Shown in pieces: positions 1-8,512 of a stretch of 17,612 bases of DNA (position 1 is its first letter; the number at the start of each line of letters is the position of its first letter). Position numbers and translations under genes: made by a program. The notes under the pieces were generated by a model. The model saw only the letters and a list, made by a program, of their open reading frames with translations, was not told where the DNA came from and did not search any database. Source of the DNA: Candidatus Krumholzibacteriia bacterium (lineage in GTDB: Bacteria; Krumholzibacteriota; Krumholzibacteriia; JAJRXK01); contig JBGPIA010000033.1 of assembly GCA_041484665.1 (NCBI GenBank), positions 1-17,612 of the forward strand, in the 5' to 3' direction.

Positions 1-141
1 CCGATCTGCTGCCCGACGCCTGGGCTGCTCAGCAAGCGGCGTCGCTACCCGCCCAGAATCAAGCCGCTGCCTGACCCATCGAGCGCGCTACCCCGCTGCG
101 CGTGACGTCGTATCCTGGGGATGGGATCGCCGGATGGATAC
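1..141 (+). mobile_element. Right end of an IS66-family insertion sequence (partial)
   Basis: 3..74 encodes DLLPDAWAAQQAASLPAQNQAAA*, matching the LLPxxW C-terminus typical of IS66 TnpC. The element ends ...GATCGCCGGATGGATAC at 141 (reverse complement GTATCCATCCGGCGATC), resembling IS66 terminal IRs that begin GTA. An interrupted gene resumes right after. Confidence 0.75.
3..74 (+). CDS. tnpC: IS66 transposase C-terminal fragment (5' part outside window)
   Basis: Reads DLLPDAW...AAA, TGA at 72-74, 67 nt before the putative terminal IR end. Confidence 0.65.
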   Translation, partial: DLLPDAWAAQQAASLPAQNQAAA

Positions 142-248
142 ATTACTGTGGCGCCCGCAATCTGGACGCCGCCCGTGCCCTCAATCCGGCTCTCCAGACC
201 TTCGACCAGTGGCTCGCGGAGAACAAGAGTCGCATCCCGCTCGCGTAG
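142..248 (+). pseudogene. 3' remnant of an NmrA/HSCARG-family gene interrupted by IS66
   Basis: 144..248 reads YCGARNLDAARALNPALQTFDQWLAENKSRIPLA*, recognisable as an NmrA/HSCARG-like C-terminus. There is no start codon, and it begins directly at the IS end. Confidence 0.7.
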
Positions 249-276
249 CCGGAACTCCCCAATGGCGCTGAGCGCT

Positions 277-431
277 GCCTGACAAGGCATGACGCTAGCA
301 GACCGGGGCGGCCGCTTCGGGTGGACCAACGGCCTAGCTGCGCTGCGGGAGTCCGGCTCGCCCGGCGACGGTCTCCGCGGAAGGCGCACGACAAAGCCCG
401 GCCCTCCTGCTAGACTACGCGCCCGTCAAGC
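277..431 (+). other. attC-like imperfect palindrome (GAC/GTC core)
   Basis: GCCTGAC (277-283) and GTCAAGC (425-431) are complementary at 6/7. Inner arms CTAGCAG / CTGCTAG are perfectly complementary. It lies 28 nt after the NmrA stop. At 155 nt it is long for an attC. Confidence 0.4.
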
Positions 432-718
432 ACCGATCCGCTCCGCCGGCGGCGCGGTCGAGGGGTTCTCGTCGCGGACGCGGACGCCCAGGCGCGCGTC
501 ATCTGTTCGGCAGGCGGATTCGAATCGGTCACGTCCATGCTCCTTGCGAGATGCTCGCGGAGGAACGGGCTGAGCCCGGGTGGCGGACGCCGAACCGGCG
601 CCGCAGCTGCTACCCAGCCCCGGGACGACGCGATCCCATCCTGACCCGGGCTCGGCGCAGGCCTGCATGATCCGTGTGCAGAGGCTCGGGAGCGCCTCAG
701 CGCGCCGATTGCTGCATC

Positions 719-3497
719 TCACTTTGCCGACCTGGGCAGGGCCGCGGTCCAGTTCGTGATCAGCACGATGCCGCGCGACGCCTCTTCCTCGACGGGCACG
801 GAAACGAGGAAGCGCGACCCGTCCGGTGCCGTGTCGTAACGCCAACTTCCTCCGGCACCATGGAGTTGGAACAGCGTCCGGCTCGCGCCAGGTTCGAAGG
901 TCGCGGCGTCCGGGCGGACCTCCACCGCGTTCAGATGGTTGTCACGATCGAAGAAGAGGAGCTCGCGTCCGTCGCGGCTCCAGCGCGGCTCTACGCCGCC
1001 GTTCTGAGAGACCTGCCAGCGCGCGTCGCTCTGTGGGAAGGTCGCAGCGTAGACTTCGTCGCGGCCCGATTGGTCCGATGCGTAGGACACGAATCGTCCG
1101 TCGGGGGAGAACTGCGGCCAGTTCTCGTTCGTCGGTCCCGCGGCGAGTTCGAGGACCTTGTCCTGGCCCTCGAGCGGCAAAGCCAGAATGTCCGCTCCCG
1201 GGTTGCGGGTGACGAGCAGGTACCGTCCGTCCCGCGACTCGTCCCATGGAATCAGGTCCTGACCCACGACTCCCCGCAAGTCGAGGTCGCGGTAGGCAGA
1301 GCCGTCGCTCGCGCAGAAGCTCAATGCCGCGTTCGGCCTCGTCAGGCTGTTCATGAACACCCTGTGGCCGTCCGATCCCCAGCTGCACGCGTAGTGATCG
1401 ATCTCCCCGACGGTGAGCTGGCGCCGGCTGCCGGAGGTGAGGTCCACGATCCATACGTCGGATTGACCGCGCATTTCGTTCACGATCGTGATGGCCGCCC
1501 GAGTCCCATCGGGCGAAACTTCCGGTGCGCCGCCGAAGAAGTACGTGGCGGGCTCGCCCACAGCTCCCAGTCGCTTGCCGGTGCGATCGACCCACAGCAG
1601 CTGCGAGCGCGTACTCGCCTTGCCGACCATGCAGGCCAGAATGCCGTTCTGCGACGCGGAGAACACGCCGCGACTGAAGCGCTCGTCCATGCGCACGTCG
1701 GGCAGCAGCGAGACCGCCGCACCGTTGACCCGGAGCCGTTTCGCGTCGAACGGTTGCGCCATCAGCACACTTTGGCGCACGTACAGGAGATGGCCTGACG
1801 CGTACACGACGTTCGATGCCACGCCGACGACTCCGACGCGTTCCGGACTGTCCAACGCGCCGGCGTAGATGGTCGGCTCCGCTCCGGCGCCGGCCCCCGC
1901 ACGCCGCGCCAGATACAAGAAATGTCGGCCGTCCGGCAGGAAGAAGGGGTAGCGGTGCGTTTCCTCGTGCAAGGTGCTGTCGAGCACCGTCGTCGCGACC
2001 GCCGGGCCGCCATCGGCCGCGACGCGGAAGATCGGAGTGCGATAATCGGGCGCGAAGACGATCACGCCACGCGCGCTCCAGGAGCCGCCTCGGGGGTCGG
2101 TCGCCGAGGCCAAGGTGATGACCGGACCACCGTCCACTTCGACACGCTTGAGTTTGCTTTCGGCAAAGAAGCCGAGCGCGCGGCCGTCCGGCGAGAAGAA
2201 CGGCTGCTGAGCACCCTCGGTTCCGGCGAGCTCGTGCGCATCCCCGGTCGCCAGAGAACGCACCCACAGGCGATCCGATCCCTCGCCTACGCGGGCGCAG
2301 TACACGATGCGCGAACCGTCGGGCGACATCGCCAGTGGAATCGGCGAGGTGACCGACGAGGAGAAGACCGCTCCCGGCGGCGGGAGGATCGAGGCCTGCA
2401 GCGTGGCAGGCGCGGCGCTCGATCGGTTCCGCGACGCGATCCAGACACCGAGCAGCGCACCGACAGCGATCGCGGCGGGCAGCGCCAGCAAGAGCCAGCG
2501 CGAACGGGGCAGCGGACCCGGCGCGCCCACTCGCGTCGCAGTCCGCGAAGACGAGCCCGCGGAGGCGGTCGACGCTGACGTCGACGGCATGCCCGGCGTC
2601 ACGCTCGACGCAGCCCCTGACGCAACAAGCCACTCCAGCTCGCGCCGCAAGTCACCGGCGCTCTGCCAACGCTCTTGCGGATCCTTCGTCAGGCACTGCC
2701 TCACAGCCCGATCCAGCGCCGGCGGGCTCATGGGGACGAAGTTTTGCATCGGTCGTGGCTCGTCGCGCAGGATCGAGCTGATCAGCGACGCCTGGCTCGC
2801 TCCTTCGAAGGGCTTCTGCCCCGTCGCCATCTCGTACAGGGTCGCCCCGAGCGCCCAGATGTCGCCGCGCGCGTCACCCTCCTTGCCCTCGAGCTGCTCC
2901 GGCGCCATGTAGTGGAACGTACCGACGAGTGCCCCTTCCGCCGTCAGCGGCTGCGCCATGGTCGGCGACTGCGCCAATGCCGCGAATGTCGCCACGCTTT
3001 CGCGAGTGGGCCCAGCCAGGCCCGGCAGCCCGCGCCAACCCGAAGTCCATGAGCTTGGCGCCGCTCTTCGTCAGCATGACGTTGCCCGGCTTCAAGTCCC
3101 GGTGGACCACGCCGGCACGGTGCGCGCGGTCCAGGGCGTCGGCGATCTGTGCGCCGAACTTCAGCACCTCGGTCGTCGGTAGTGCACCCTTCGCGAGTCG
3201 CTCGGCCAGCGTCTCGCCCTCGATCAGCTCCATCACCAGATAGTCGGTCTCGCCATCGCGGCCCACGTCGAACAGCGTGCAGATGTGCGGGTGGTTGAGC
3301 GACGACACCGTCTTCGCCTCGCGCGCGAAACGCGCGCGGACCTCAGGATTCGCGCTCAGATGCTGCGGCAGCACCTTCACCGCGACGTCGCGCCCGAGCC
3401 GCGTGTCTTTGGCGCGATACACCTCACCCATACCGCCGGCGCCCAGCGGCGCGACGATCTCGTAGGGGCCAAGACGGGTGCCGGGAGCGAGCATCAC
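719..3497 (-). pseudogene. Ser/Thr protein kinase + TM + TolB/PD40-like beta-propeller, split by a 1-nt frameshift (pseudogene or sequencing error)
   Basis: ORF 2874..3497 has GAGGMG, VAVK, HRDLKPGN and DFG. ORF 719..2995 continues with GTFHYMAPEQ, DIWALG, a TM segment (WLLLALPAAIAVGALLGVWIA) and many SPDG/SxDG repeats. The span is 2779 nt = 926 codons + 1. Deleting one base at 3021-3023 gives DFGLARAAGLAGPTRESVATFAALAQSPT in frame. Confidence 0.9.
3385..3492. repeat. 108-nt direct repeat, copy 1 (5' end of kinase 2; copy 2 at 6126-6233)
   Basis: Manual alignment shows 5 mismatches in 108 nt, including a perfect 41-nt stretch CGACGATCTCGTAGGGGCCAAGACGGGTGCCGGGAGCGAGC. Confidence 0.9.
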
Positions 3498-6238
3498 GGG
3501 CGCGCCTTGCGTGCGCGGATCCGTTCCGCGAGGTGCAGGGTCCAGCCGAGCGAGAGCACGATCTCGCGACGTTCTTCGGTGCCCGCCAGTGGGCGCGTGA
3601 ACAGGAAGCGATCGCCCCGCGGGTCGTATGCATAATCGCGATACGCGGGTTCGGTGGGCGACGGCGGCACCTCGAACAGCGGGGTGGGCTGGCTCACGGA
3701 CAGCACGGGCCCGCCGTTGGAGCGCGGGCCGGCGTCGTCGACCGTCACCCGCTTCAGTGTTTCGCCCTGAACCAGGAACAACTCGCGCCCGTCGTGCCCC
3801 CAGCGCAGGCCCCTACCGCCGCCCGCGGAGACTTGCCAGCTCCCGCCCTCGCCTTCGAAGCGCCTCACGCAGACCTCCTCGCGGCTGGTGCGATTGGAGA
3901 CGTACGCAATCCACCGGCCGTCGGGCGACACTGCAGCGGCCATCTCGTTCTTGTCGTTGCCGCGATCGGGCGCGAGTGCGTGCGGATCCGGATCGCCGTC
4001 CACGTGCACCGTCCAGATTCGCCCCTGCGCGAGCCCGTAGTCGCTGAATATGAGGCGGTCGCCGGAGGGCGTGCAGTCGGTGAGACGGATCGGATGCGAC
4101 ACGTGGAAAAGGTCACGTTCCCCGCCGTCGCCGTCGATCCGCCGCACGACGACGCTGTAGCCACCCGTGGAATCGCGCCGCGCGTAGGCCATGCGAGCAC
4201 CGTCTTTGAGCCAGACTCCATCACTGCCCGTGCCGCCGAAGGTGATGCGGTTCATTCCGCCTGAAGCCAGATCGGCCACCCACAGATCGGACGATCCGCC
4301 TCCCGGGCCCACGTCGATGAGCGCACGCCGTCCTTCCGGCGAGAGGGCGAGCCGGCGATACTCGCCGGGCGGTATGGCCGTCGGCGTCCAGCGCCCGGAG
4401 CGATCGAACCAACCGATAGTCCGCTGGTGCGCTCGTTCATCGTCCGCGATCCACGCCAGCGTGCCGTCGCTCGAGATGTCCATGAACGCCGCGCCGCTCG
4501 AGGTTTCGCCGGCGACGCCATCGAGCACCGGAATGGGCTCGGACGTCGGACGCGGATCGCGCGGATCGATCGGCATGGCGTAGAGATCGCCGGCGCGGTC
4601 GTATACGAGGTATCCCGGCGGCGCCCAGATGGCACGCCGCGCGCCGTGCACGAGCCACCGTCGCTCGCCCGTTCGCACGTTCACCGCATCGATCTGGCCA
4701 TTGTCGTAGCCGCCCGGGCTATCCACACGGCCCACCGTGAAGACGACCCATGGCCCGCCCGCGAGCGCGCACGGAAAGCGATGCGTACGCTCCTTCGCCG
4801 TGGTGTCGAGTTGGGTGATCGCCACGGGTGTGCCGCCGGCGGCCGGCATGCGCGTGAGCGGAGCCGTGGTCTCGGCGCTGAATACGATCGTGCCGTCGGC
4901 GAGCCACGTGCCGAGGCGATCCTGTCCCGCGGGCGCCAGCACGACCGGGGCTCCGCCGTGGACGGACGCTTTGAGCAGATTCTGGCTGTCGAAGAAGGCG
5001 ATCCATTCGCCGTCGGGCGAGAAGAACATGTCGCGCGCGTTCTCCGTGCCGGGAAGCTCGACGTCCTCGCGGTGATCGAGCCGCCGCAGCCGCATCGCGA
5101 GGCGCCCGTTCTCGTGCGAGGCGTATGCGAGCGCTCTCCCATCGGGGGAGAGCGCGAAGAAGTGAAAGCCGACGTCCTCGCCGAGACGGCGCCCCTGCGG
5201 CAGCACTACGCTTACCTCGCTTGCCGACGGGCGTAGCGCAGGCCGGCGCGACAGCGCTACCGCGGCCACGCCAAGAGCAAGGGCCGCCACGACCCACGGT
5301 AGCACGGCTGCGAGCCGGCGCGGCCGAGGACGACCTGCGCTCGCGGGCGCCGCCGCAGGCGAAGCGTCCGCCGGCTGCGCTGCGACCAGCTCGAGCACGA
5401 TGCGCGCCTCGCCGATCGCTTGCAGGCGCTGCTTCGCGTCGCGCGTCAAGCAGCGCGCGAGCAAATCGCGCACCCGCAGCGGCGTCGCCGCCGGCAGCGC
5501 GCTCCAGTCCGGCTCTGTCTGCAGGATACGCGCGATCACGTCGCTCACCGTCTCGCCCGCGAAGGCCTGCCGCCCCGTGATGCATTCGAAGAGCACGCAC
5601 CCGAACGACCAGATGTCGGTGCGCCGGTCCACGGCCTTGCCGCGCGCCTGCTCGGGACTCATGTACCCCGCTGTGCCCAGGATCACACCGGCGCCGGTCG
5701 CCGCGTACGTCATCGTCGGGGACGCCGGGAGGCCCATGTCCGCGGACGAACCATCGGTAGCACTCGCCTTCGCCAGCCCGAAGTCCAGCACCTTCACGAT
5801 GCCGTCCGGCTTCAGCATGACGTTGCCGGGCTTGAGATCCCGATGGATCACCCCCGCCTCGTGCGCCGCTTCCACCGCCGCCGCGATCTGCGCGCACACC
5901 GCGAGCGCCTCGTCCACTGGCAACGCCCCGCGCGAAAGCCGCGCGCTCAGCGTCTCGCCCTCCACGAACTCGAGCACCAGGTAGCGGTGGCCGCCCACCT
6001 CCTCGAGTCCGAAGATCGAGCCCACGTTCGGGTGTTGCAGCGCAGCCAACAGCTTCGCCTCGCGTTCGAAGCGCGCCGCGCGCTCCGGGTCACGCTCGAA
6101 GCCTTCCGGCAGCGCCTTGATCGCCACGTCGCGCCCGAGCCGCGTGTCTTTGGCACGATACACCTCGCCCATGCCGCCGGCGCCGAGCGGCCCGACGATC
6201 TCGTAGGGGCCAAGACGGGTGCCGGGAGCGAGCGTCAT
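3494..6238 (-). CDS. Ser/Thr protein kinase + TM + TolB/PD40-like beta-propeller (914 aa)
   Basis: Intact Hanks motifs GAGGMG, VAIK, HRDLKPGN, DFG, GTAGYMSPEQ and DIWSFG. TM segment LAAVLPWVVAALALGVAAVAL and repeated SPDG motifs. GAGG RBS 7 nt upstream. The stop overlaps the next kinase start (GTGATG). Confidence 0.95.
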   Translation of the reverse strand: MTLAPGTRLGPYEIVGPLGAGGMGEVYRAKDTRLGRDVAIKALPEGFERDPERAARFEREAKLLAALQHPNVGSIFGLEEVGGHRYLVLEFVEGETLSARLSRGALPVDEALAVCAQIAAAVEAAHEAGVIHRDLKPGNVMLKPDGIVKVLDFGLAKASATDGSSADMGLPASPTMTYAATGAGVILGTAGYMSPEQARGKAVDRRTDIWSFGCVLFECITGRQAFAGETVSDVIARILQTEPDWSALPAATPLRVRDLLARCLTRDAKQRLQAIGEARIVLELVAAQPADASPAAAPASAGRPRPRRLAAVLPWVVAALALGVAAVALSRRPALRPSASEVSVVLPQGRRLGEDVGFHFFALSPDGRALAYASHENGRLAMRLRRLDHREDVELPGTENARDMFFSPDGEWIAFFDSQNLLKASVHGGAPVVLAPAGQDRLGTWLADGTIVFSAETTAPLTRMPAAGGTPVAITQLDTTAKERTHRFPCALAGGPWVVFTVGRVDSPGGYDNGQIDAVNVRTGERRWLVHGARRAIWAPPGYLVYDRAGDLYAMPIDPRDPRPTSEPIPVLDGVAGETSSGAAFMDISSDGTLAWIADDERAHQRTIGWFDRSGRWTPTAIPPGEYRRLALSPEGRRALIDVGPGGGSSDLWVADLASGGMNRITFGGTGSDGVWLKDGARMAYARRDSTGGYSVVVRRIDGDGGERDLFHVSHPIRLTDCTPSGDRLIFSDYGLAQGRIWTVHVDGDPDPHALAPDRGNDKNEMAAAVSPDGRWIAYVSNRTSREEVCVRRFEGEGGSWQVSAGGGRGLRWGHDGRELFLVQGETLKRVTVDDAGPRSNGGPVLSVSQPTPLFEVPPSPTEPAYRDYAYDPRGDRFLFTRPLAGTEERREIVLSLGWTLHLAERIRARKARP
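6126..6233. repeat. 108-nt direct repeat, copy 2 (5' end of kinase 1)
   Basis: See copy 1 at 3385-3492. Confidence 0.9.
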
Positions 6239-6336
6239 TTCGCAACCTCAAGCAGATCCGTCCAGGTCAGGCTCGTGGTGCGGTTGGGAGTTCGCGATTG
6301 CGTAGTGTAGTGATCCAACTTCTGATCGATCGTCAC
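6235..6336 (-). pseudogene. 33-aa mini-ORF, possible internally deleted kinase gene
   Basis: GTG start, (M)TIDQKLDHYTTQSRTPNRTTSLTWTDLLEVAK*. GTGA overlap with the upstream mini-ORF and ATGA overlap with kinase 1. The N-terminus resembles the MIGQxLxHY kinase start, and the C-terminus resembles the NWTAAL/GWTLHL ends of the two kinases. Confidence 0.45.
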
Positions 6337-6398
6337 GCAGCGCCCAGCGGGCCGAGGATCTCGTAGGGACGCAAGCGAGTTCCTATCGGGAGCGGCAT
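6333..6398 (-). pseudogene. 21-aa truncated kinase N-terminus
   Basis: MPLPIGTRLRPYEILGPLGAA* is 15/20 identical to the start of kinase 1 (MTLAPGTRLGPYEIVGPLGA). Confidence 0.8.
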
Positions 6399-6404
6399 CG
6401 CGAG

Positions 6405-6432
6405 AGCATAAGGTAAACCCGACCAATGCGAA
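6405..6432 (-). promoter_or_regulatory. Putative sigma70 promoter for the kinase operon (leaderless)
   Basis: TTCGCA-N16-TATGCT on the minus strand, with the -10 hexamer 6 nt before the ATG at 6398 and no SD sequence. Confidence 0.4.
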
Positions 6433-6671
6433 AGTCCGCGTGGGAAAGCTGCGCGATTCTCCGTGGGGTTCACGGTATGCGGGGTGTTCGCAGTCCAGAG
6501 TCCAGGGGAAGGTGCTGCGCGGCTCCGCTGAAGCGGGCGTTGGGCGTCCTCTGAACGGCTTCGCGCGCCGAGTTGATGGCTCGTACGGTAGCCCTGCCCG
6601 GATCGGGCAGCGGCTTCGCGCAACAACAGTTCGTCGGGGTCCGGAAGCCCCGCCTCCGCGCCAGCCCCGCT

Positions 6672-6859
6672 TGGCCCAGGACCTCTGGCCCAGGACCTCT
6701 GGCCTAGGCGCCGCTCGCCCCAGCCCCATTCGCCCCAGCCCCCCGACCCCCTTGAACGCCAAGGGGCAGACCCCGCGGCAGCAGGTGCGTGGTGCCCTTC
6801 TGCCCGCCAGGAAACCGCATCAGGGACCGACCCAAGGACCGACCCAGGGATCGACCCAG
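6672..6859. repeat. Cluster of short tandem repeats in the divergent intergenic region
   Basis: TGGCCCAGGACCTC x2.6 (6672-6708), TCGCCCCAGCCCC with 15-nt period x2 (6715-6742), CARGGAYCGACC x3.2 (6821-6859). Confidence 0.8.
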
Positions 6860-6889
6860 TTGCCTGGGCCCCGCCCGCCGCGCTACACT
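6860..6889 (+). promoter_or_regulatory. Putative sigma70 promoter for the MoaD/BNR operon
   Basis: TTGCCT-N18-TACACT about 80-90 nt upstream of the MoaD-like start. Confidence 0.35.
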
Positions 6890-6981
6890 GGCGGGCACGC
6901 CGTGCGCTTGGATCCCCCATCCCCCGATTGAGCGCACCCATGGTGGGGGGCCCGGCACCCCCCGCCGCGATGGCTCAAACC

Positions 6982-7257
6982 ATGACGATCACGATCAGTG
7001 TTCCAGCGATGCTGCGCACCTACTGCGAGGGCGCCTCGGAGCTGATGCTTGTGGCCCCGAGCGTGCGCGCCGCTCTCGAAGAGCTCGAGCGGCGCCACCC
7101 ATCGTTGTACAGCGGCGTCTGCGACGAGACGGGTGCAGTGCGCCGTCACGTGAATCTGTTCGTCAACACGTCGAACGTACGCGACCGCGAAGGGCTCGAC
7201 ACGGCGCTGGTGCCGGGGGACGTCGTGACGATCCTGCCCGCGGTCTCGGGAGGTTGA
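6982..7257 (+). CDS. MoaD/ThiS-family ubiquitin-like (beta-grasp) protein
   Basis: About 91 aa with VPAMLR, VNLFVN, GDVVTILPAVSGG* and a C-terminal di-glycine. Alternative start at 6970. Confidence 0.9.
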   Translation: MTITISVPAMLRTYCEGASELMLVAPSVRAALEELERRHPSLYSGVCDETGAVRRHVNLFVNTSNVRDREGLDTALVPGDVVTILPAVSGG

Positions 7258-7259
7258 AC

Positions 7260-8351
7260 ATGCCGGAACGCGTCATTCTCAGTATCGGGACCAGGAAGGG
7301 CCTGTTCGTTGCCGAGGCGCCGAAGAACCGGCGCAGCTTCGCGCTGCGCGGACCCTTCGGATCAGGGGTGGCGGTCTACGCGACGCTGATCGACACGCGT
7401 GGCACACCGCGGATGTATGCCTCGAGCTGCAACGCCTATTTCGGCATGAAGGTCCTGCGCTCCAAGGATCTCGGGAAGACCTTCAAGGAGACCAAGTCGG
7501 CGCCTGCCTTCCCGAAGGACGATGGTCGAGCGCTCGCCAACATCTGGTCGCTGGAAGCGGGCGACACCAAGAACGATCTATGGTGCGGCGTCGAGCCGGC
7601 GTCGCTCTTCAGGAGCCGCGATGGCGGAGACTCCTGGGAGATGGTTGAGGGCATCAGCAACCACGAACACGCGCGGAAGTGGCATCCCGGGGCCGGCGGC
7701 CTCTGCATGCACACGATCCTGCGCGCCGGGGCTCGAGTGCACCTCGGCATCTCGACCGGCGGCCACTACCTGAGCGAAGACGGCGGCGTGACGTTCACGG
7801 CGTCCAACAAGGGCGTCGGCGCCGGATTCGTGCCCGATCCCTCCCCCGAGTTCGGCCAGTGCGTGCACAAGATCGCGCGTCCCAAGGACGCGCCCGGCCG
7901 CCTCTACATGCAGAACCACGGCGGCTGGCCCGATCGTCCGGGGATCGGCGTGTTGCGCAGCGACGACCACGGCCACTCGTGGCGCTCGATCGCCAAGGGG
8001 CTGCCGTCCGACTTCGGCTTTCCGATCGTCGTGCACCCACACGACCCCGACACGGTCTACGTGCTGCCGCTCGAGCCGCCGACGCGCTCGTGCCCCGGCG
8101 GCGCCCCGGCGGTCTGGCGCAGCGAGAACGGCGGTGACTCGTGGAAGCGGCTGGCCCGCGGGCTGCCGAAGAAGGAGAGCTTCTTCACGGTCCAGCGCGA
8201 TGCGATGGAAATCGACGAGCACAAGTCGCCCGCGCTCTACTTCGGGACCACGACCGGACAGCTCTGGATCGGGCGAGACGGCGGCGAGGAGTGGGAATGC
8301 CTGTTCGACTCGCTCCCGCCGATCCACTGCGTGAAGGCCGCGATCGTGTGA
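7260..8351 (+). CDS. BNR/Asp-box repeat beta-propeller (sialidase-like fold), 363 aa
   Basis: Starts MPERVILSIGTRKGLF 2 nt after the MoaD stop, with GGAGG upstream. Asp-boxes: SKDLGKTF, SRDGGDSW, SEDGGVTF, SDDHGHSW, SENGGDSW, GRDGGEEW. No signal peptide evident. Confidence 0.9.
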   Translation: MPERVILSIGTRKGLFVAEAPKNRRSFALRGPFGSGVAVYATLIDTRGTPRMYASSCNAYFGMKVLRSKDLGKTFKETKSAPAFPKDDGRALANIWSLEAGDTKNDLWCGVEPASLFRSRDGGDSWEMVEGISNHEHARKWHPGAGGLCMHTILRAGARVHLGISTGGHYLSEDGGVTFTASNKGVGAGFVPDPSPEFGQCVHKIARPKDAPGRLYMQNHGGWPDRPGIGVLRSDDHGHSWRSIAKGLPSDFGFPIVVHPHDPDTVYVLPLEPPTRSCPGGAPAVWRSENGGDSWKRLARGLPKKESFFTVQRDAMEIDEHKSPALYFGTTTGQLWIGRDGGEEWECLFDSLPPIHCVKAAIV

Positions 8352-8512
8352 GTCCGACGGCGGCGCAACGGCCGGCCGACTGCGCCGGCCCCCGCCGCCG
8401 AGCGGCGAACCGGCCGACCGGCCGCCGCCGACCAGCAGGGCGCCCGACGGACGCAGGCGTCGCCGGGGGACTGCCGCCGATCGTGGCTCGAGCTGCGCCG
8501 TTCCAACGATGA

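Noticed and set aside
432..718. Short ORFs between the NmrA remnant and kinase 2
   Set aside because: No RBS, motifs or protein-like composition. Treated as intergenic.
674..6310. Many overlapping ORFs of 100-560 aa within the kinase genes
   Set aside because: Alternative-frame and antisense shadows of two clear kinase genes.
3385..6398. Diversity-generating retroelement TR/VR pair from the repeated kinase 5' ends
   Set aside because: No reverse transcriptase in the window, mismatches are not adenine-specific, and the repeats lie at conserved N-termini.
6672..6859. CRISPR array
   Set aside because: Units are 12-15 nt, with no unique spacers and no cas genes.
6789..8351. 520-aa version of the BNR protein
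   Set aside because: The extension overlaps the MoaD gene in another frame. The real start is the ATG at 7260 with an RBS.
8352..8506. Further attC-like site (GTCCGAC...GTTCCAA) before the first methyltransferase
   Set aside because: Outer boxes are not complementary and no L-box motif is shared with the other sites. Extreme GC content makes chance pairing likely.
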